A DNA stretch of 62,618 nt, taken from contig DASSUW010000451.1 in the NCBI GenBank assembly GCA_035706585.1, positions 1 to 62,618 of the forward strand, read 5' to 3'. The translations under genes and the position numbers were made by a program. This DNA comes from Solirubrobacteraceae bacterium. Lineage in GTDB: Bacteria; Actinomycetota; Thermoleophilia; Solirubrobacterales; Solirubrobacteraceae. This document shows, piece after piece, positions 55,735 through 62,618 of this stretch (positions are counted from its first letter, which is position 1; every line of letters begins with the position of its first letter). Below the pieces are notes generated by a model that saw nothing but the letters and a program-made list of their open reading frames with translations, was not told the origin of the DNA and searched no databases.

Positions 55735-55772
55735 CGGTACTGCTACGGATGGTACGCCACCGCGATCGCCGG

Positions 55773-56150
55773 CTAGTCGTCGTCGCCGCCGCCGTGACCC
55801 GAGTGGTCGTCGCCGCCGCCGTCGTCGCCGCCGCGGCCGCGTCCGCGCCCGGAGCTGTCGTCGTCGCCGCCGTGGTCGTCGACCGTCGGCGCGGGGGTCG
55901 GGGCGGCGGTGGGCGTCGCGGTCGGCGTCGGCGTCGCGCGCTTCTTCTTCTTGTTCTTCGGCGGGGGCGTGGGCGTCGCGGTGGGCGTGCGGCTCGGGGT
56001 CGCGGTCGGCACGAGGTCCTCGCCGGCGCTCAGCGGCTCGGACGACAGGCCGACCGGCTGTGACGTCAGCGACGACGCCGCGTACGTCACGCCTGCCACC
56101 AGCAGGACGCCGGCGACGGCGGCAAGCACCCACAGCGCGGAGCGACGCAT
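55773..56150 (-). CDS. Membrane-anchored Pro/Thr-rich protein with a His/Asp/Gly (HGGDDD) tail
   Basis: Signal anchor ALWVLAAVAGVLLVAGV, PTATPTPPPKNKKKKRATPTPTA linker, tail DDHGGDDDSSGRGRGRGGDDGGGDDHSGHGGGDDD. High GC3. Confidence 0.65.
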   Translation of the reverse strand: MRRSALWVLAAVAGVLLVAGVTYAASSLTSQPVGLSSEPLSAGEDLVPTATPSRTPTATPTPPPKNKKKKRATPTPTATPTAAPTPAPTVDDHGGDDDSSGRGRGRGGDDGGGDDHSGHGGGDDD

Positions 56151-56174
56151 GGCTGCACCGTAGCCGGGCCCCGG

Positions 56175-56761
56175 TTAAGCGCCGGGAAAGGCGCCGAGCA
56201 GCGTGCGGAACCGCGCCGCCTCGCGCTCGGGCTGCGTGGTGAGCCGTCGCCAGCTCAGGCGCACGACCTGCAGCCCGGCCTCGAGCAGGTCGGCGTTCCT
56301 TGGCGCGGTCGGCCTGAAAGTCGTCGTGGTAGTCCTCGCCGCCGACCTCGTAGCCCGCCACGACCGCGTTGATCTCCGGCTGCGGCAGGCGATGACGCGC
56401 GCAGAACCACGGGAACGCGTCCTCGAACGCCGACCGCGTCGGCCGCGGCGGCAGCTCATCGAGGCTCAGATGGCCGGCGAGCCGCGCGTCGTTGACCGCG
56501 CGGGTAAGGGCGGCCGGGTCCAGGGTGTGGGCGGTGATCTCGACCGGCCCGGCGTAGCGGATCACGCCCCACAGCTGCGCCGCCGACCGGTGGCTCAGCA
56601 CCGCGCCCGAGCGCGAAGACACCTCGATGCAGGCGGATCAACCGCCCGCTCGTGATCCAGTGATCGATCGCGTCCGGCCCGACCCCGGCATCGAGAAGCT
56701 GGCGTCGGGTGGCGATGCCGTGCTGGGCGGCCGCGAGACGTCGAACGAGCTCCGTGGTCAC
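56175..56761 (-). pseudogene. Frameshifted DUF559 / AbiEi-N-like family gene remnant
   Basis: Family-typical segments sit in three frames: VTTELVRRLAAAQHGIATRRQLLDAGV...RLHRGVFALG, then LSHRSAAQLWGV...RSAFEDAFPWFCARHRLPQPEINAVVAGYEV, then DLLEAGLQVVRLSWRRL. There are also internal deletions. Confidence 0.65.
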
Positions 56762-56854
56762 TTTGGTGCGTATAGAGCCCCAAAACGACCAAACTCGCCC
56801 CCCAACGCCCGCGGCAGACCACCAGGCCAACCCTCACCCACCCCACCCAGCCGA

Positions 56855-56940
56855 AGTTCGCCTGCCGTGCCAGGACGGCCGGCGGAGACCGAGACGCCGC
56901 AGTTCGCCTGCCGTGCCAGCGCGGCCGGCGGAGACGACTA
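56855..56940. repeat. 46-bp-period tandem repeat, 35-nt core AGTTCGCCTGCCGTGCCAGNNCGGCCGGCGGAGAC x2 (33/35)
   Basis: Read directly, immediately 3' of the histidine kinase. The HK stop codon lies at the end of copy 2. Confidence 0.8.
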
Positions 56941-58431
56941 AGCCGCCGGCGGCACCGTCACCACCGCCCGCGCGCCCGCGCCGTCCGCGCGGTTGTCGAG
57001 CGTGACCTCGCCGCCCCAGCGGCGGGCGAGCTCGCGCGCGATCGGGAGCCCGAGGCCGGTGCCGGCCGGGCCGCTGCGGCCCGCGCGGCCGCGGTGGAAG
57101 CGCTCGAACACCGCGGCGAGCTCGTCGTCTCCCAGGCCCGGGCCGCGGTCGAGCACCTCGAGCGTCCCCGGGGCGGAGCGGAGCATCACCTCGCCGTTGC
57201 CGTAGTGCAGGGCGTTCTCGACCAGCGCATCCAGGACCCGGTCGAGGTCGGCGGGCGGGCAGAACCCCTCGGCGGCGACGCCGTCGGCGCGCACGCGGCC
57301 GCCGCCGGTCCCGTCCCAGCGGGCCGCGGCCCGATGCGCCGCGTCCTCGAGGTCCACGTGCTCGGGCGGCGCGTCGACCTCGCCCGCCTGCGAGAGCACG
57401 AGCAGCTCGGAGATGATCGCCGACAGGCGGTCGAGCTCGGCCAGCCCCGCGTCGATCTCCGTGTGCGCGTCCGGATCGCTCGTCGCCGCGCGCGCCTCCT
57501 CGAGCCGCAGGCGCAGGCCCGAGAGCGGCGTGCGCAGCTGGTGCGACGCGTCGGCGATGAACTCGCGCTGGCTCGCGACGAGGCGCTCGATCCGCGCCGT
57601 CATGTCGTTGAACGTGCGCGCGAGGCGCCGCTGCTCGGCGCTGCCCTCGACCCTGGCGCGCGCCGACAGGTCACCGCCCGCGAACCGGTGCACGGCGTCG
57701 TCGAGCCGGTGGACCGGGCCCGCGACCTGGCGGGCGATCAGCGCCCCGGCGAGCAGCCCGAGCACGAGCACGAGCAGGCCGATCGCGATCAGCCCGAGCG
57801 TCGCGCGCCGCGTGGCGCGGCTCACGGCCTGCACGCTCTGGGTGATGCGCACGGCGCCGACGACGTCGCTGCCGTCGGCGATCGGGACCGCGGTGGCGAG
57901 GATCTCCTGCCCGAGCGACTGGCTCGGGCGGCGCTCCTGGTAGACGCGTCGATTCAGCGCGTCGGCGATCTCCGGCCGCGAGCTGTAGTCGACCCCCACG
58001 CGCTCGTCGCCGGCCGAGTCGCTCAGCAGCCGGCCGTTCGGGCCGACCACGATCACGCGGCCGCGCAGGCGATCGGCGGCGACGCGGACGACGCTGTCGA
58101 GCTCGCGGCGATCGCCCGGGTCGACGGTCGCGGCCAGCAGCGCCGCCTGGGTACGGGCCTCGTTGCGGATCTCGTTGTCGACCCGGTCCCGCAGGCTGAT
58201 GATCAGCGGAACCTCCAGCGCGATGATCGCCAGCACGAGCACGTAGGCGAGCGCCAGCAGCAGGCGGAGCCGGAGGCTTACGAGAACTCCTCGGGAGCGG
58301 TGAAGCGGAAGCCGACGCCGCGGACCGTGTGCAGGTAGCGCGGGCGCGACGGATCGTCGCCGAGCTTCTGGCGCAGCCAGCGCACGTGCACGTCGAGCGT
58401 CTTGGTCGAGCCGAACCAGTTCTCGTCCCAC
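56938..58431 (-). CDS. Sensor histidine kinase (TM-sensor-TM-HAMP-HisKA-HATPase)
   Basis: H-box ADASHQLRTPL, NALHYG, DRGPGL, GTGLGLPIAREL. The only canonical start in the ORF is GTG 58431, which overlaps the RR gene by 154 nt. The TM helix begins right at the RR stop. Confidence 0.8.
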   Translation of the reverse strand: MGRELVRLDQDARRARALAAPEARRRSVAPALPAHGPRRRLPLHRSRGVLVSLRLRLLLALAYVLVLAIIALEVPLIISLRDRVDNEIRNEARTQAALLAATVDPGDRRELDSVVRVAADRLRGRVIVVGPNGRLLSDSAGDERVGVDYSSRPEIADALNRRVYQERRPSQSLGQEILATAVPIADGSDVVGAVRITQSVQAVSRATRRATLGLIAIGLLVLVLGLLAGALIARQVAGPVHRLDDAVHRFAGGDLSARARVEGSAEQRRLARTFNDMTARIERLVASQREFIADASHQLRTPLSGLRLRLEEARAATSDPDAHTEIDAGLAELDRLSAIISELLVLSQAGEVDAPPEHVDLEDAAHRAAARWDGTGGGRVRADGVAAEGFCPPADLDRVLDALVENALHYGNGEVMLRSAPGTLEVLDRGPGLGDDELAAVFERFHRGRAGRSGPAGTGLGLPIARELARRWGGEVTLDNRADGAGARAVVTVPPAA

Positions 58432-58985
58432 ACGCGGTCCATCAGCTGCTCGCGCGTGACGACGCGGCCGGCGTGGCGGATCAGCTCGGCCAGCAGGTCG
58501 AACTCCTTGCGGCTGAGCTGGAGCTCCTCCTCGCCCAGACGGGCGCGGCGGGCAGCGAGATCGACGTCGAGGTCGCCGACCACGATCGGCTCCGGCGGCG
58601 CCTCGCGCTCGCCCGGGCCGGGCTTGGCGCGGCGCAGGATCGCGCGGATGCGGGCGATCACCTCGCCGCCGCTGAACGGCTTGACCACGTAGTCGTCGGC
58701 ACCGAGCTCGAGCCCGACGATCCGGTCGGCCTCGGTCCCGCGCGCGGTCAGCATGAGGATCGGGACCGACGAGCTGCGGCGCAGCGCGCGGCAGACGTCG
58801 CGACCGTCGCCGTCGGGCAGCGTGAGGTCGAGCAGCACGATCGCGAAGTCGCCGTCCTCGGCGAGCTCGAGCGCCCGCGTGGCCGTCCGCGCGACGACCG
58901 GCTCGAAGCCCTCGCGCGCGAGCGCCTTCGAGAACGGCTCGTAGATGCTCGCCTCGTCCTCCACGAACAGCACGCGCGGTTTCAC
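58278..58985 (-). CDS. OmpR/PhoB family response regulator
   Basis: VLFVEDE, LLDLTLPDGDG, MLTARG, GADDYVVKPF, C-terminal winged helix LDVHVRWLRQKL...TVRGVGFRF. GTG 58985. Confidence 0.9.
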   Translation of the reverse strand: MKPRVLFVEDEASIYEPFSKALAREGFEPVVARTATRALELAEDGDFAIVLLDLTLPDGDGRDVCRALRRSSSVPILMLTARGTEADRIVGLELGADDYVVKPFSGGEVIARIRAILRRAKPGPGEREAPPEPIVVGDLDVDLAARRARLGEEELQLSRKEFDLLAELIRHAGRVVTREQLMDRVWDENWFGSTKTLDVHVRWLRQKLGDDPSRPRYLHTVRGVGFRFTAPEEFS

Positions 58986-59077
58986 GCCGACAAAGCTAGC
59001 CGCGTGCGCGCGGGCTTTCCCAAGGTTTAACCCGGCGTTGCCGGGCACTTGGCCGCCCGGCGGCGACGCTGGGGAGC

Positions 59078-59527
59078 ATGTTCTCCCGATCCACCATCGC
59101 CGTCGGCGCCGTGCTCGCCGCCCTCGGCGGCCTCGCCGCCGTCGCACTCGCGTCCGGCGGCGACGCCGCACCGACCACGGCCCCGGCGCCGAGCGCCGAG
59201 ACCGACCCACCGGTCCAGGTCCGGACCAAGGTGATCCGCCGCACCGTCCACGTGCGGCCGCACGCCGCCGCCGCCGCGTCGCCGTCCGGCGACGACGACG
59301 GCACGCTCGACCAGGGCCCGGGCGACCGCCCGCAGATCCCGGTGACCGCCGCGCCGCCGGTGAGCGGACACGACGTCGGCGACGACCGCGGCCGGCACCA
59401 CGGCGGGGACGACGACGACTTCGACGACGACCGTTCGGGCCACGGCGGAGGCGACGATGACTCAGGCCACGGCCACGGCGGAGACGACGACCACTCCGGC
59501 CACGGCCACGGCGGAGACGACGACTAG
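59078..59527 (+). CDS. Membrane-anchored/secreted protein with SGHGHGGDDD repeats (paralog of 55773-56150)
   Basis: Signal TIAVGAVLAALGGLAAVALA. Tail RSGHGGGDDDSGHGHGGDDDHSGHGHGGDDD is encoded by an exact 27-nt repeat (59465-59491 and 59498-59524). High GC3. Confidence 0.65.
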   Translation: MFSRSTIAVGAVLAALGGLAAVALASGGDAAPTTAPAPSAETDPPVQVRTKVIRRTVHVRPHAAAAASPSGDDDGTLDQGPGDRPQIPVTAAPPVSGHDVGDDRGRHHGGDDDDFDDDRSGHGGGDDDSGHGHGGDDDHSGHGHGGDDD

Positions 59528-59967
59528 CCGGACCGCCGCCGCACGTGGCGGATGGGGATGAGCGCCGTGCCGGGCGCCTCGTAGCGCACGATCTCGGCGC
59601 GCACCTCGCGCCGCACCTCCTCGAGCCGCGCGATCTCGGCCTGCAGGTCCTTCGCGCGGCGCTCGAGGTGGTCGACCTTGCTCTGGAGCCGGGTGAGCTT
59701 GTCCTCGAGCTCGAACACCCGCTCGACGCCGGCCAGGTTCATCCCCAGCTCGGTCGTCATCTCCTGGATGCGCCGGAGCCGGTCGACGTCGTCCTGCGAG
59801 TACAGCCGCGTGCCCTTCGGCGAGCGCTTGGGCTCGATCAGCCCGCGCGCCTCGTACATGCGCAGCGTCTGCGGGTGCATGTCGGCCAGCTCGGCGGCGA
59901 CCGAGATCATGAACACGCCGCGGTTGTTCGCCACGCGGGCGGTGACGCGGGTGGTGCGACGCGCCAT
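59524..59967 (-). CDS. hspR: MerR-family heat-shock repressor HspR
   Basis: FMISVAAELADMHPQTLRMYEARGLIEPKRSPKGTRLYSQDDVDRLRRI. It is the last gene after dnaJ. GGAGG lies 6 nt before ATG 59967. Confidence 0.9.
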   Translation of the reverse strand: MARRTTRVTARVANNRGVFMISVAAELADMHPQTLRMYEARGLIEPKRSPKGTRLYSQDDVDRLRRIQEMTTELGMNLAGVERVFELEDKLTRLQSKVDHLERRAKDLQAEIARLEEVRREVRAEIVRYEAPGTALIPIRHVRRRSG

Positions 59968-59969
59968 CA

Positions 59970-61085
59970 CTAGCCTCCGGCCGCCTGACGCAGCAGGGAC
60001 TCGCGCGGGTTGCCGTTGATGACGCTCGAGAGCGCCTCGACCGCCTCGCGCTGCGCGTCGGTCAGCTCGCCCGGGACGTCGATGACGAAGCGGTAGTGGA
60101 TGTCGCCGCGGCCCGAGCCGGACAGCGCCGGCGGCCCCTCGCCGCGCAGCCGCTGGACGGTGCCGTGCTTGGTCCCGCCCGGCACGCGCAGCTTCTTGGT
60201 GCCGTGCAGCGTCGGAACCTCGACGTCGGCGCCGCGCAGTGCCTCGGCGACCGTGATCGGCACCTCGACCTCGAAGTTGTCGCCCTTGCGGCGGAACACC
60301 GGCGACTCGCTCACGTGCGTGATGACGTACAGGTCGCCGGGCGGGCCGCCGCGCAGGCCGGCCTCGCCCTTGCCGGGCAGCCGGATCCGCGAGCCGTCCT
60401 TGACGCCGGCGGGGATGTTCACGCGGTACTTCTTGAGCTCGCGCAGCCGGCCCTGGCCGCCGCACGTCGGGCACGGGTCCTCGATGACGGTCCCGGAGCC
60501 GCCGCAGCGCGAGCACGGCCGCGTGATCGAGAACACGCCCTGGCCCTGTGACTCCACGCCGCGACCCTGACAGACGGGACAGACGATCGGCGCGCTGCCG
60601 GGCCGCGCGCCGGTGCCGCGGCAGGTGGTGCAGGCCGCGTGCGTGGAGACCGAGACCGGCACCTGCGCGCCCTCGACCGCCTGCTCGAACGAGAGCGACA
60701 CCGTGGTCTCCAGGTCGCGCCCGCGCTCGGCGGCCGGCCGCGTGCGCGCGCCGCCACGCCCCGCGGTCGTGTTGAAGATGTTCGACAGGATGTCCGAGAA
60801 CGAGCCGAAGTCGGCGCCCGCGCCGCCCGCCGCGCCGCCACCGCCGCCGAACGGGTTGCTCCCGCCGAACACGGACTGCCCGCGGTCGTACTTCTTGCGC
60901 TTCTCGGGGTCGCCGAGGACGTCGTAGGCCTCGGAGATCTGCTTGAAGCGCTCCTCGGCGCCGGCGTCCTTGTTCGTGTCCGGGTGGTACTGGCGCGCGA
61001 GCTTGCGGTACGCCTTCTTGATCTCGTCCTGGGAGGCCTTCTTGTCGACCCCCAGGGTCTTGTAGTAGTCGCCCGAACGAGCCAC
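59970..61085 (-). CDS. dnaJ: Chaperone DnaJ
   Basis: J-domain DYYKTLGV...[14 protein letters not shown] region, four CxxCxG zinc motifs. Confidence 0.95.
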   Translation of the reverse strand: MARSGDYYKTLGVDKKASQDEIKKAYRKLARQYHPDTNKDAGAEERFKQISEAYDVLGDPEKRKKYDRGQSVFGGSNPFGGGGGAAGGAGADFGSFSDILSNIFNTTAGRGGARTRPAAERGRDLETTVSLSFEQAVEGAQVPVSVSTHAACTTCRGTGARPGSAPIVCPVCQGRGVESQGQGVFSITRPCSRCGGSGTVIEDPCPTCGGQGRLRELKKYRVNIPAGVKDGSRIRLPGKGEAGLRGGPPGDLYVITHVSESPVFRRKGDNFEVEVPITVAEALRGADVEVPTLHGTKKLRVPGGTKHGTVQRLRGEGPPALSGSGRGDIHYRFVIDVPGELTDAQREAVEALSSVINGNPRESLLRQAAGG

Positions 61086-61094
61086 GCCGGTCTC

Positions 61095-62618
<1,524 letters not shown>

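Noticed and set aside
55652-56242. Arg-rich plus-strand ORFs opposite the HGGDDD-tail gene
   Set aside because: They are antisense translations of the GAC/GGC repeat. The minus-strand frame has a signal anchor and the expected GC3 bias.

Overview
This is a very GC-rich, actinobacterial-type chromosomal segment. The gene style (many RTX-like secreted proteins, 4-nt overlapping gene starts, TANNNT -10 boxes close to start codons) suggests Thermoleophilia/Solirubrobacterales, but that is only a guess. All family assignments come from motifs read by eye in the supplied translations. All coordinates were hand-counted and may be off by a few nt. About 60 protein genes, 4 tRNAs, 1 pseudogene and several repeats or regulatory palindromes can be supported. 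Most other long ORFs in the track are antisense or out-of-frame shadows typical of high-GC DNA. Layout: (1) 1-16.9 kb is a mixed block: TetR plus an AlkZ-like glycosylase, an APC permease, an HD-GYP/LuxR fusion, a methyltransferase-GST-RTX operon, tRNA-Asp, a second RTX protein, a 21-codon Ile-rich ORF ahead of an MMPL transporter, pfkA, a secreted FAD oxidase, a GGDEF/HD-GYP protein and def. (2) 16.9-30.5 kb is a 13.6-kb block of aromatic-type catabolic and regulatory genes. It is bounded by tRNA-Val on one side and a 26/27-identical copy of the tRNA-Val 3' end on the other, and no integrase is visible. It is read here as a candidate fossil or non-canonical genomic island. (3) 30.5-33.9 kb holds ligC, a membrane protein, an SDR, tRNA-Lys, a 55-aa ORF, tRNA-Glu and a TetR. 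(4) 33.9-52.3 kb holds almost the whole de novo purine pathway (purF, N, H, L, Q, S, C, B, E, D) in three minus-strand units. recQ, an M24 peptidase and a GYD protein are translationally coupled into these units. Two units share a 17-nt upstream motif, and a perfect 16-bp palindrome with PurR-like half-sites lies between purF and recQ. (5) 52.3-62.6 kb holds heat-shock genes: clpB with a HAIR-like operator, and dnaK(partial)-grpE-dnaJ-hspR. These surround an OmpR/HK two-component pair that is flanked by two paralogous membrane-anchored proteins with HGGDDD-repeat tails and a frameshifted DUF559-type pseudogene. No CRISPR array, rRNA, transposase or integrase was recognised.
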